Below are positions 1-9,334 of a stretch of 50,076 nt of DNA, one piece after another. The notes under the pieces are model-generated. The model made no database searches, was not told where the DNA came from, and was given only the letters and a program-made list of their open reading frames with translations. The stretch comes from a virus (Duplodnaviria; Caudoviricetes), in the IMG/VR virus record IMGVR_UViG_3300005512_000050, positions 1 through 50,076 of that record; one strand, written 5' to 3'. A program made the position numbers and the translations under genes. How positions within the stretch are numbered: position 1 is the stretch's first letter; each line of letters opens with the position of its first letter.

Positions 1-25
1 TAAGTAATGAAGTTTCTGTAATATT

Positions 26-40
26 TGTCACTGAGTGACA
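26..40. promoter_or_regulatory. palindromic site TGTCACTGAGTGACA (putative operator), copy 1
   Basis: 15-bp dyad ending 7 bp upstream of a -35 box; recurs at 49118 and 49372. Confidence 0.55.
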
Positions 41-47
41 CTTTTAC

Positions 48-76
48 TTGACTTTATAAAATATAGATGATATAAC
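48..76 (+). promoter_or_regulatory. sigma70-type promoter
   Basis: TTGACT-17 bp-TATAAC, with TG before the -10 box; upstream of AGGAG RBS. Confidence 0.7.
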
Positions 77-112
77 ACATTTTTTATTAACGGTATGAAA
101 AGGAGAAACACC

Positions 113-967
113 ATGCCATTAGATTTTACAACACAACTTATTTCAGACATCCCTTCTAACCTAGACTTTGACGTACAGTTTGAGCCTACCAAAGTACGTG
201 ACAAGAAGTATGTCATTAATGGTGAGACAGGAGAATACATTGGTGTAGTTGGTGACACATTCAACTGTGCATCACATACAGACTTCTTTACTGGAGTGCA
301 GGAGACTATGCTAGAGAACCTAGTGCCTGATGAGATTGCAAATGCACAAGTGTCATGGAGAAATGCTAGACAGGATGCGTGGGCTATGATGGACATCACA
401 CTTCCTAATGTTACATCTCGCATTGATACAGATAAGCACACTACAACTGTATCACAACGTGTGATTGCTTTGCATGGTATTGATGGTTCATGCTCTAACA
501 TGGTATTTTTTGGTGCTATAGATTTCTTTTGTACAAATGGTATGATACGTGGTGAGCATGACAAGGTTAGACGTAAGAATACTTCTAACTTCAGCATGGA
601 CAGGTTCATATCTGACTTACGTAACTCACGTCAGGATTTCTATATGCAGACAGAACGTCTACAGCATTGGGCTAACATTAGTACTACATATGTAGATGTA
701 AAAGCATTGCTTGATTCAATTATGAAGTCTGACCGCAAAGCAGAGAAGATGTTTGGGTTATACAACCAAGAGGTGAGTGTGCGTGGACGCAATGTGTTTG
801 CTCTGTATTCTGCATTTACTAACTATGCAACCTATGCGGATGAGCGTAATGGTTTTAACTTACGTAATACAGGTAATGATACACAAGCTATCTCAATGTT
901 TAATCGTGAGCATGAAGTATCACAGTGGATTGAAAGCAAGCCTTTCAAAGAATTGGTGGCTGCGTAA
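113..967 (+). CDS. DUF932-family phage protein
   Basis: GEYIGVVG, HGIDGS and FFCTNGM motifs; AGGAG RBS favours ATG 113 over the ORF-track start at 95. Confidence 0.7.
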   Translation: MPLDFTTQLISDIPSNLDFDVQFEPTKVRDKKYVINGETGEYIGVVGDTFNCASHTDFFTGVQETMLENLVPDEIANAQVSWRNARQDAWAMMDITLPNVTSRIDTDKHTTTVSQRVIALHGIDGSCSNMVFFGAIDFFCTNGMIRGEHDKVRRKNTSNFSMDRFISDLRNSRQDFYMQTERLQHWANISTTYVDVKALLDSIMKSDRKAEKMFGLYNQEVSVRGRNVFALYSAFTNYATYADERNGFNLRNTGNDTQAISMFNREHEVSQWIESKPFKELVAA

Positions 968-1305
968 TGCAAGAAGCTAATGGAGTTAAAGGTTTTTCTG
1001 CTAAGAGAAAGGGTGACATAACTGAAATGGAGTTATGCACCCAATTCTTAAAAGAAGGATATGAAGTATATAAAAATGTAAGTTGTACAGGTCTAATTGA
1101 CATAATAGTATTAGACACTACAACTAATACGTTTAAATACTACGATAGTAAAACTGGTATGTTAAGCACTAAAAAGGATGGTACTACAGTTTTGTATACT
1201 ATGAAAACAACTGAGAAACAAAAAGAATTAGGTGTTGAAATAGCAACATTACACGATGGTGTTATACATACAGACAAAAATAGCATAGGAGTATTAGTTC
1301 AATGA
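967..1305 (+). CDS. small PD-(D/E)xK endonuclease-like protein
   Basis: KGDITE..L..GYEVY...IDIIV...DSKT pattern. Confidence 0.55.
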   Translation: MQEANGVKGFSAKRKGDITEMELCTQFLKEGYEVYKNVSCTGLIDIIVLDTTTNTFKYYDSKTGMLSTKKDGTTVLYTMKTTEKQKELGVEIATLHDGVIHTDKNSIGVLVQ

Positions 1306-2216
1306 AACTCACAAAGCTAGTGCAGGATTATTTTTCTTCTTATGATTTCAAGGACTTACGGGATGTATCTGCTAAACGATATGAATATTATGCCCGTCAA
1401 TTTATTGACACCACTGTTAGTGGTATAAAGTTTTCTGATATCAAAGTAAGTGACCTGACTACTCGCTTGGCTAAAGAAGCATACAACCTATGGTGTGATA
1501 AAGGTGTTACTACAGCTAATCACACTATGGCTGTTGCTCGTATAATATTCAATCATGGCGTGAGAATGGAGATATGCAATGTCAACCCATTCTCTGCCGT
1601 GCGTAGGAGAACCGTACAGCCACGTAAGGTAGTTTGGAGTAGGGAGTATGTCAGACAGTTCTTAGATACCGCCTACAGCGATTATAACAGCCGTAACATA
1701 GGTCTTATTGCACACATGGCATACGAATGGTGTCAGAGATTAGGTGATATGCGTATGTTGAAGTTTAGTAACATAGATTTTGAGGAACGTGTTGTACATA
1801 TAGAACAGTCAAAACGTAGAGCAGATGTGCATTTACCCATAGAAGATGACTTATACGACATGCTTGTACAACAAAATGATGAGTTTGGATTTCAGCAGTA
1901 TGTTGCACCTAGACCTAAACCTATACGTGGGGAATACGTGCCTTATACAATCTATAAATTGCCATTACACGCACGTGTTATCATGGATAATGCTGGGTTG
2001 CCGCCTGAGTTACGGCTTTCTGATTTGCGTAGAACTGGTACAACAGAAATGGTTGAAGCAGGTGTCGGTATGGCACAAATCATGTCGGTTACAGGACATG
2101 CTAATCCACAAAGTGTAAAACCATATATGAAAAATACTTTGGCTAGTGCAAATTATGCCTTGACAGAACGAAAAAACCATGATAAAAGCATTTCAACTGC
2201 CAAACAGAGAAAGTGA
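1302..2216 (+). CDS. int: tyrosine recombinase/integrase
   Basis: QRLGD (Arg), QSKR (Lys), SDLRRT, TGH and VKPY (Tyr) catalytic-type motifs. Confidence 0.85.
   Translation: MKLTKLVQDYFSSYDFKDLRDVSAKRYEYYARQFIDTTVSGIKFSDIKVSDLTTRLAKEAYNLWCDKGVTTANHTMAVARIIFNHGVRMEICNVNPFSAVRRRTVQPRKVVWSREYVRQFLDTAYSDYNSRNIGLIAHMAYEWCQRLGDMRMLKFSNIDFEERVVHIEQSKRRADVHLPIEDDLYDMLVQQNDEFGFQQYVAPRPKPIRGEYVPYTIYKLPLHARVIMDNAGLPPELRLSDLRRTGTTEMVEAGVGMAQIMSVTGHANPQSVKPYMKNTLASANYALTERKNHDKSISTAKQRK
2160..2188 (+). promoter_or_regulatory. putative promoter for primase-helicase-polymerase genes, inside integrase 3' end
   Basis: TTGACA-17 bp-TAAAAG, preceded by TGA as in the other promoters. Confidence 0.45.
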
Positions 2217-2228
2217 TATATACATATT

Positions 2229-3005
2229 ATGTATAATAACATTATAAGTGATATAATAAATGATTTAAACTTACCTATAGGACATAGTAAGAGAATGAAT
2301 TGTCCTGTATGTAAAGGAATTAATACTTTTTCTATAACTAATAATATGGGAAGAGTTGTTTGGAATTGTTACAAGGTATCTTGTACAGTTAGTGGTAGGA
2401 GTAAAGTGAAATTGTCTGTAGAAGATATTAAAAATAACTTTAATCAAAAAAAGGTAATTAGTAGTGACTTTATTTTTCCTGATTACTGCGTAAAAATTAA
2501 TGATAATAAATTATCTCTTGACTTTTTACATAAATGGGGTTTAGTATCATTTCGTAATGATATCTTTTATGATGTAAAAGAAGCGAGATTAGTTTTCCCT
2601 GTCTTACACCACAATAAGATTGTTGATGCTACTGGTAGGGCATTGACATCTTCACTCCCCAAGTGGAAGAGATATGGAAATAGCGGTATCCCATTTTCTA
2701 GTGGTTTTGGGGATATCGCAGTTGTTGTTGAGGACTGTGTAAGTGCTAGTGTTGTTGGAACACTAGGTAATTTTGTCGGGGTCGCTGTAATGGGTACTTC
2801 ACTTCTGCCCACTCACAGAGATTACCTTGCACAGTTCTCAACGGCTATAATAGCACTAGACCCTGACGCACTACCCAAGACATTAAGCATGGCAAAAGAA
2901 CTTAGGGGGTACGTGAATAAAGTTCATGTGCTACGTCTTAATGATGATATCAAATACCGCAACGAAACCGACATTAAAAACCTTACCGATTTAGGAGTAC
3001 AATAA
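2229..3005 (+). CDS. DNA primase (Zn finger + TOPRIM)
   Basis: CPVC...CYKVSC zinc finger; VVVEDCVSA and LDPDA TOPRIM motifs. Confidence 0.85.
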   Translation: MYNNIISDIINDLNLPIGHSKRMNCPVCKGINTFSITNNMGRVVWNCYKVSCTVSGRSKVKLSVEDIKNNFNQKKVISSDFIFPDYCVKINDNKLSLDFLHKWGLVSFRNDIFYDVKEARLVFPVLHHNKIVDATGRALTSSLPKWKRYGNSGIPFSSGFGDIAVVVEDCVSASVVGTLGNFVGVAVMGTSLLPTHRDYLAQFSTAIIALDPDALPKTLSMAKELRGYVNKVHVLRLNDDIKYRNETDIKNLTDLGVQ

Positions 3006-4228
3006 TGGAATTATCACTGATACGAAGTTTAATGAGTAAAGACTTCTACGACAATCATCGTGGAGCTAAATGTCCTGACAGATTGTTTAGTAAAGATGTA
3101 CGTAAGATTAAAGAGATGCTAGACAAGGCTATGCGTACTTACGAAAGGGATGTAACACCTGATGAAATTGAAGCACTGTTTATCTCTAGCAACCCAACAC
3201 TTACTACTGCACAGAAACAAGCCTACAGTAGTTTGTTTACACAAATAAAGAAAGAAACACCTATGGGTTCTGACATTGCACAAGAGGTGCTGTCAAAGTT
3301 GTTTCAACAAGTAGTTGGTGAAGACATTGCTAATCTTGGTTTTGATTATGTAAATGGTGATAAGAGTAACCTTGAACCTTTACGTAATATAATAGAGCAA
3401 TATGCTGATGACTTCACACCTAACTTAAATGTGCAGTGGGATGACATTGATATTGAAACACTTCTACAACGCAATGACTTGGAAGCACGTTGGACGTTTA
3501 ACATTCCTACGTTGTGTCGTAAGATTGAAGGTGTGAATGCAGGACATCTGATTGAGATAGGTGCTAGACCGAATACAGGTAAGACATCTTTTCATGCTAG
3601 TTTGATTGCAAGTCCCGGTGGTTTTGCACATCAGGGTGCTAACTGTATTATCTTATGTAATGAAGAAGGTTATCATCGTGTTGCCGCAAGGTATCTTACT
3701 GCCGCTACTGGTATGGATATGATGGCAGTTAAGAAAAACCCTGCCAAAGCACGTGACTTGTATGCACCTGTAAAAGATAGGATAAAGATTAAGGATGCAA
3801 CAGGACGTGACATGGCTTGGGTGGAATCAATATGTAAGTCATATAAGCCTGATATAGTCATCTTAGACATGGGAGATAAGTTCGCTAGGACAGGTGGCTT
3901 TGCACGTCCTGATGAGGCTCTAAAGGCTAATGCAGTATACGCTAGACAGATAGCTAAAGAGCATGACTGTGCTATGTTTTATATGTCACAGTTATCTGCT
4001 GATGCTGAAGGTAAAGTATTATTGAATCAATCAATGATGGAAGGTTCACGTACAGGTAAAGCTGCTGAAGCTGACTTAATGATACTTATTGCTAAGAACC
4101 CTGTAGTAGATGGTCAAGATGAAGAGGATACACAACGTCACTTGAATGTTGTAAAGAATAAACTATCTGGATGGCATGGTGTTGTTCATTGTGAATTGTT
4201 GTATAGAACAGCGAGGTATGAAGCATAA
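3005..4228 (+). CDS. replicative DNA helicase (DnaB/T7 gp4-like SF4)
   Basis: Walker A GARPNTGKT, Walker B VILD, MSQ and KNK motifs. Confidence 0.9.
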   Translation: MELSLIRSLMSKDFYDNHRGAKCPDRLFSKDVRKIKEMLDKAMRTYERDVTPDEIEALFISSNPTLTTAQKQAYSSLFTQIKKETPMGSDIAQEVLSKLFQQVVGEDIANLGFDYVNGDKSNLEPLRNIIEQYADDFTPNLNVQWDDIDIETLLQRNDLEARWTFNIPTLCRKIEGVNAGHLIEIGARPNTGKTSFHASLIASPGGFAHQGANCIILCNEEGYHRVAARYLTAATGMDMMAVKKNPAKARDLYAPVKDRIKIKDATGRDMAWVESICKSYKPDIVILDMGDKFARTGGFARPDEALKANAVYARQIAKEHDCAMFYMSQLSADAEGKVLLNQSMMEGSRTGKAAEADLMILIAKNPVVDGQDEEDTQRHLNVVKNKLSGWHGVVHCELLYRTARYEA

Positions 4229-6270
4229 TGAAACTAACACTTGATATAGAAAACACTACTACTGAGCGTGATGGCAAGATGCACCTTGACCCATTTGAGC
4301 CTACTAATACACTTGTTATGGTTGGTATGCTTAGTGATACAGGTGAGGAAAGGCATGTTACTTTTGACCACAGTGAGGTTGAACCAGAAGCAAATGGTCG
4401 TGAGGTTGTACAGCAGTGGTTAGACAACGCTACTATCATCATTGGTCACAACATTGCATATGATTTAGTATGGCTTTGGGAGTCTGGTTTTAAATATGAC
4501 GGAGCAGTATTTGACACTATGCTTGCAGAGTATGTTCTACAACGTGGTGTAAAGTTACCATTATCACTTGAACAATGTGCAGAACGATATGAGTTAGATA
4601 CACAGAAGCAGGATACACTCAAAGCATACTTTAAAGCAGGATACTCTACACGTGATATACCACACGATGAGTTGTCTGAGTATTTGTCACATGACTTACA
4701 CGCTACACAACAGCTTGCTGATAAGATAAATATAAAGTTAAATACTAGAGAACATTCTGGGTTAATGAATACGGTTATTCTTACTAACGAAGTTACAGCT
4801 TGTCTCGCACGTATTTATCAAAGAGGTATGGCAGTTGACCTGAAAGTATTGGATGATGTTCGTCAGGAGTTTGAGACAGAAAAGAATAATCTTTTAGTTG
4901 AATTAGATAAGCATGTTAAACTTCTTATGGGCGATACACCTATCAATCTTAATAGCCCAGAGCAGTTATCTTGGGTTATATATAGTCGTAAAGTTATTGA
5001 CAAAACAGAATGGGCTAATCGCATTGACCCATACATGACAGATGCTAACTTCAGAACTGCAATTAACATAGGTACAGAGCAGTTATACAAGACAAAGGCA
5101 GAGCAATGTTCTGAGTGTTCTGGTGTTGGTTATGTACATAAAACAAAAAAAGATGGTACACCTTATGCTAAACCAAGTAGGTGTAAACAGTGTGACACAC
5201 ACGGTTATTTATTTAAACCTACACAAGACAAAGCAGGGTTAAGATTTAAACCACCTACACCTAAATGGGCTAGTGCTAATGGTTTTAGTACAAGTAAAGC
5301 TAATCTATTACTATTGCAGAATGCGGCTAAAAGTAAAGGATTAGATGATGCTGTAGATTTTTTACATAAAGTTACTAGGTTAAGTGCATTAGATACATAC
5401 CTATCTTCTTTTGTAGAAGGTATACAAACTTATACAAAGCAGGATGGTAAGTTACATGTTAGTTTGATGCAACATAGAACATCAACAGGTAGATTATCTG
5501 GGGCTAATCCTAATATGCAGAACATGCCTAGAGGTGGCACGTTTCCTGTAAAGAAGGTATTTGTATCACGCTTTGAAGGTGGTCAAATACTAGAAGCTGA
5601 CTTTGCACAGTTAGAGTTTCGTGCAGCAGCATTTTTATCACAAGATGAGGTAGCAATTAATGAAGTTAAAACGGGTTTTGATGTTCACAGTTATACCGCA
5701 AAAGTTATTTCGGATGCTGGGCAGAACACTAGTAGACAAGACGCAAAAGCGCATACGTTCGCTCCGCTTTATGGTGCAACGGGATATGGGAGAACAGCAG
5801 CGGAAGCTGCATACTATGAACACTTCACAGAAAAATACAAAGGAATCAAGTTATGGCACACCAGATTGGCTAAAGAGGCTGTAACAACACAGAAGATTAA
5901 AACACCGTCAGGTCGTGAGTTTTTGTTTCCTGATGTAACACGCAGGTCAAATGGTTCTGTTACACACTTTACACTAATAAAAAATTATCCTGTTCAATCA
6001 TTTGCCACAGCAGATATAGTTCCTTTAGTTATATTACAAATAGAAAAGTATATGAAGGGTATGCAGTCCTGTATTGTAAATTCTGTACATGACAGTTTAG
6101 TCATTGATGTACATCCAGATGAGGAGAAAAAAGTTTTAGAGATAATTAATATTACAAACGAACAATTACTAGATTTAATTAAACTTAGATGGGGAATAGA
6201 TTTTAATGTTCCCTTGTTATTAGAATCAAAAATAGGTAAAAATTGGCTTGACACGAAGGATGTAAGCTGA
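4228..6270 (+). CDS. polA: family A DNA polymerase with 3'-5' exonuclease and DnaJ-like Zn finger insertion
   Basis: Exo LDIE / HNIAYD / YLSHD; motif A DFAQLEFR, motif B RQDAKAHTFAPLYG, motif C VHDS; CSECSGVG...CKQCDTHG insert. Confidence 0.95.
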   Translation: MKLTLDIENTTTERDGKMHLDPFEPTNTLVMVGMLSDTGEERHVTFDHSEVEPEANGREVVQQWLDNATIIIGHNIAYDLVWLWESGFKYDGAVFDTMLAEYVLQRGVKLPLSLEQCAERYELDTQKQDTLKAYFKAGYSTRDIPHDELSEYLSHDLHATQQLADKINIKLNTREHSGLMNTVILTNEVTACLARIYQRGMAVDLKVLDDVRQEFETEKNNLLVELDKHVKLLMGDTPINLNSPEQLSWVIYSRKVIDKTEWANRIDPYMTDANFRTAINIGTEQLYKTKAEQCSECSGVGYVHKTKKDGTPYAKPSRCKQCDTHGYLFKPTQDKAGLRFKPPTPKWASANGFSTSKANLLLLQNAAKSKGLDDAVDFLHKVTRLSALDTYLSSFVEGIQTYTKQDGKLHVSLMQHRTSTGRLSGANPNMQNMPRGGTFPVKKVFVSRFEGGQILEADFAQLEFRAAAFLSQDEVAINEVKTGFDVHSYTAKVISDAGQNTSRQDAKAHTFAPLYGATGYGRTAAEAAYYEHFTEKYKGIKLWHTRLAKEAVTTQKIKTPSGREFLFPDVTRRSNGSVTHFTLIKNYPVQSFATADIVPLVILQIEKYMKGMQSCIVNSVHDSLVIDVHPDEEKKVLEIINITNEQLLDLIKLRWGIDFNVPLLLESKIGKNWLDTKDVS

Positions 6271-6276
6271 TATAAC
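6248..6276 (+). promoter_or_regulatory. sigma70-type promoter
   Basis: TTGACA-17 bp-TATAAC overlapping the polymerase stop, upstream of AGGAG RBS. Confidence 0.7.
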
Positions 6277-6308
6277 TACACTTCCATTTTACTAGGAGAA
6301 TTTAATAA

Positions 6309-7232
6309 ATGAGTAACAGTATAACAACTATTAATACAGCTAATTATGCAGACATGGCTAAAGCTATGGGTGTATCAACAAGTACAACTTCTACACCAGA
6401 AGAACGTCTTTCATTACCAAGATTGCGTATAGCACATCAACCTATCATGGGTGTTAAAACTATAGATGGTGAAGATGTAAATGTAGAAGTAATTAAAGGC
6501 GGTGCTTTCAAGTTAGACGGTGGTACATTTAAATTGGTTGCTGAAGGTGCTACAGTTTATGGTAAGACAATAACTATAAGACCTTTTTTACAGCGTTATA
6601 TGTATAAGCGTTTTATTAAAGGTACTGAAACAACACCTAACAAATATGTTAAGACTATTATGGCTGATAATCTAAACATAGATTTGAAAGATACTGACGG
6701 TGGATTTAACTGCGGTAAACCTGCTGGTTACATTAAAGATTGGAAAGCATTACCAGAAAAAATGCAAGAACTAATCCGAAGCATTAAACGTGTTCGTGTT
6801 GTTATTGGTATGGTTTCAATGAATGATGCTAAAGATGAGAAGGGTCAAAAAATTGACATTGAAGACAGCCCATTCATCTGGGAGATTGATAATCGTGAAG
6901 CATTCAAAGCAGTAGGTGATGCCTTTAATACATTAGGTAAACACAAAAGACTTCCACTACAACACAGTATGGTAATCAACACAGAAGAAAGACAAATACC
7001 TTCTGGTGCTAAGTATTACGTTCCATCTGTATCAGTTAACCTTACTGAGGCAATTGAAATATCAGAAGCTGACCAAGAAATGTTTGGTAACTTTATGACT
7101 TGGGTAGATAATTACAATTCATATGTATCAAACCAATGGTCAGAAAAAGTTAATAGTAAAATGTCTGAAGATGATATAGACGTTATTGATGTTTTAGTTG
7201 ATGAAGCTGAAATAGATATTGAGGTTGCATAA
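6309..7232 (+). CDS. probable ssDNA-binding protein
   Basis: Lies between polymerase and exonuclease; acidic C-terminal tail; own promoter and strong RBS. Confidence 0.5.
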   Translation: MSNSITTINTANYADMAKAMGVSTSTTSTPEERLSLPRLRIAHQPIMGVKTIDGEDVNVEVIKGGAFKLDGGTFKLVAEGATVYGKTITIRPFLQRYMYKRFIKGTETTPNKYVKTIMADNLNIDLKDTDGGFNCGKPAGYIKDWKALPEKMQELIRSIKRVRVVIGMVSMNDAKDEKGQKIDIEDSPFIWEIDNREAFKAVGDAFNTLGKHKRLPLQHSMVINTEERQIPSGAKYYVPSVSVNLTEAIEISEADQEMFGNFMTWVDNYNSYVSNQWSEKVNSKMSEDDIDVIDVLVDEAEIDIEVA

Positions 7233-8089
7233 TGGAGCATCCTGCTGAACTAGCTATACATCAGTACATGGAGAATGCTGTTAAAGGTGATTCCACTATG
7301 GCTGATGCTACAATAGAGCAAGTAGCTACAGATGTAGCAGATGCTCTTAGAAAGCAGTTTGGTAGTGGTAAAAGTAGAGGCGATTTCACATTGCGTATGT
7401 CTAATGTGGGTCGCCCTGCTTGCCAACTTTGGTATGAGAAGAATAAACCAGAAGTTGCTGTACCATTCCCAACTACATTTATAATGAACATGATGATTGG
7501 AGATATTGTAGAAGCAGTATTCAAAGGTATATTAAAAGAAGCAGGTGTTAAATATGAAGATTCTGAATCAGTTAAACTGGAGTTGGATAACACATCCATT
7601 AATGGAACATACGATATTGTTGTTGATGGTGCTGTTGATGACATCAAGTCAGCATCTGATTGGTCATATAAGTACAAGTTTGAATCTTTTGATAAACTAA
7701 AAGAAAGTGATTCATTTGGTTATGTTGGACAACTTGCAGGTTATGCAAAGGCTTCTGGCAAAAAAGCAGGTGGATGGTGGGTAGTCAATAAGGCTACTGG
7801 AGACTTCAAGTATGTACGTGCTAAATGGTTAGATGTTGATGAAGAAGTACAAAAGATACAAGATAAGGCTAATCAGATAAAAGATAATGTATTTGAAAGA
7901 TGCTTTGAACCTATACCAGAAACATTTAGAAAGAAAAATACTGGAAATGTTATTTTAAATAATGGTTGTAAATTTTGTTCTTATAGGTTTGATTGTTGGC
8001 CTACACTAAAAGAAATACCCAGTGTTATGTCAGAAGCAAAAGACCCACCAATTGTACAGTATGTTGAGTTAAATAATGTTAAATCATAA
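7232..8089 (+). CDS. PD-(D/E)xK (Cas4/RecB-like) exonuclease
   Basis: GTYD...DDIKS nuclease core, YVGQLAGY; an N-terminal Cys plus CKFC...C cluster. Confidence 0.75.
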   Translation: MEHPAELAIHQYMENAVKGDSTMADATIEQVATDVADALRKQFGSGKSRGDFTLRMSNVGRPACQLWYEKNKPEVAVPFPTTFIMNMMIGDIVEAVFKGILKEAGVKYEDSESVKLELDNTSINGTYDIVVDGAVDDIKSASDWSYKYKFESFDKLKESDSFGYVGQLAGYAKASGKKAGGWWVVNKATGDFKYVRAKWLDVDEEVQKIQDKANQIKDNVFERCFEPIPETFRKKNTGNVILNNGCKFCSYRFDCWPTLKEIPSVMSEAKDPPIVQYVELNNVKS

Positions 8090-8540
8090 ATCTTTTCGTG
8101 CTGCTCGTAAGCATGGATATAGAAGCGGTATTGAGCATCAAACTGCTGAGTATTTAGAAAAAAACAATGTTGCATATCGTTATGAGAAAGTAAAAATAGA
8201 ATGGCAAGACTTAGCTTATAGAACATATACGCCTGACTTTGTTTTACAAAATGGTATAATAATAGAAACTAAGGGTAGATTTACTTCCGCAGATAGACGG
8301 AAGCATGTAGAAATTAAAAAACAACACCCTAATTTAGATATACGTTTTGTTTTTACTAATAGTCGCAGTAAGTTATATAAAGGAGCAAAATCGTGTTATG
8401 CAGACTGGTGCAATAAATATGGTTTTAGATACTACGACAGAATTATACCAGAAGATTGGCTTAAAGAAAAAGGAAAGGACAAACATCCAATTTTTATAGC
8501 CTTTCCAAATAAGATAAATGTAAAAAGGAAAACAAAATGA
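8076..8540 (+). CDS. T7 gp3-like endonuclease I (junction resolvase)
   Basis: YRSGIE, YTPDF, IETKGRF and LDIRFVF motifs. Confidence 0.9.
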   Translation: MLNHKSFRAARKHGYRSGIEHQTAEYLEKNNVAYRYEKVKIEWQDLAYRTYTPDFVLQNGIIIETKGRFTSADRRKHVEIKKQHPNLDIRFVFTNSRSKLYKGAKSCYADWCNKYGFRYYDRIIPEDWLKEKGKDKHPIFIAFPNKINVKRKTK

Positions 8541-8908
8541 TTGACGAAAAAATTATAGATTCGCTAGAAAAAGAAGATATAGTTTTATGTCTTAGACCAA
8601 CAGTCATAAATAACAGTGAATGGTCTGGAGATGTTTCTATTTCTATTATGGCAGGTAGAGATAACCCATTAAATGATGAAGATTATTATAGCTTACTACA
8701 CTTTGCTAAGATGGTTTGTGCCTCTGTTCCTATTATGGAAAAGTCAGAAGAACTACGAGATGTAATTCATAATTATGTTTTGGAAGAGATTGACATGGAA
8801 AATGAATTAGATGTAGAACTAGAAGATTCAGACAGAGGAAAAGTTCTTGACATAAAAGATAATGTTGTTACATTGTCATTTGGAAGCAAAACAAAAGGAA
8901 GTGCATAA
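8537..8908 (+). CDS. hypothetical protein (acidic)
   Basis: ORF overlapping its neighbours in the operon; RBS present. Confidence 0.65.
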   Translation: MIDEKIIDSLEKEDIVLCLRPTVINNSEWSGDVSISIMAGRDNPLNDEDYYSLLHFAKMVCASVPIMEKSEELRDVIHNYVLEEIDMENELDVELEDSDRGKVLDIKDNVVTLSFGSKTKGSA

Positions 8909-9183
8909 TGAATGACCAGATTAGACATGAGGAATACATGAAGCAAGCAATGGCACAATCAGATGTAATCAATAACCCAAAGCACTATGAACGATATGCC
9001 ATTGAGCCTGTATCATTTATAATGAATAACGAGTTACCTTTCTGGATGGGTAATGTTATAAAATATATTATGCGTGCAGGGTACAAGTCTAATACTTCAG
9101 AAGTTGTTGATTTAGAAAAAGCAAAACGCTATATTGATATGCGTATTAATCAGCTAGAAGGTCGTGAGCCAAATGCGAGTTAA
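8908..9183 (+). CDS. DUF3310 / T7 gp1.7-like protein (putative nucleotide kinase)
   Basis: INNPKHY, GNVIKYIMRAGYK and DLEKAKRY motifs. Confidence 0.8.
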   Translation: MNDQIRHEEYMKQAMAQSDVINNPKHYERYAIEPVSFIMNNELPFWMGNVIKYIMRAGYKSNTSEVVDLEKAKRYIDMRINQLEGREPNAS

Positions 9184-9331
9184 AGTCTTTATTACAATAG
9201 ATATAGACCCCGAAGATTATTCCGTCCCTGCCGATGAAAATGTTGCTGCAGAAATAGAAGACGGAATACGTGAATACTTCTATGATATAGAAGGAACTAA
9301 AATAAGAAATATAAAAACACTACAGGAGTAA
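9173..9331 (+). CDS. 52-aa hypothetical protein (not in ORF track)
   Basis: MRVKVFITIDIDPEDYSVPAD...KTLQE fills the gap before the reductase. Confidence 0.65.
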   Translation: MRVKVFITIDIDPEDYSVPADENVAAEIEDGIREYFYDIEGTKIRNIKTLQE

Positions 9332-9334
9332 TAC

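Noticed and set aside
26-40. N4-type virion RNA polymerase hairpin promoter
   Set aside because: No RNA polymerase gene is recognisable in the window, and sigma70-type promoters are present next to the dyads.
7232-8089. Cas4-like gene as part of a CRISPR system
   Set aside because: Stand-alone phage exonuclease in a replication operon.
9184-9334. Cobalamin riboswitch upstream of nrdJ
   Set aside because: The gap is filled by a 52-aa ORF and I saw no B12-box.
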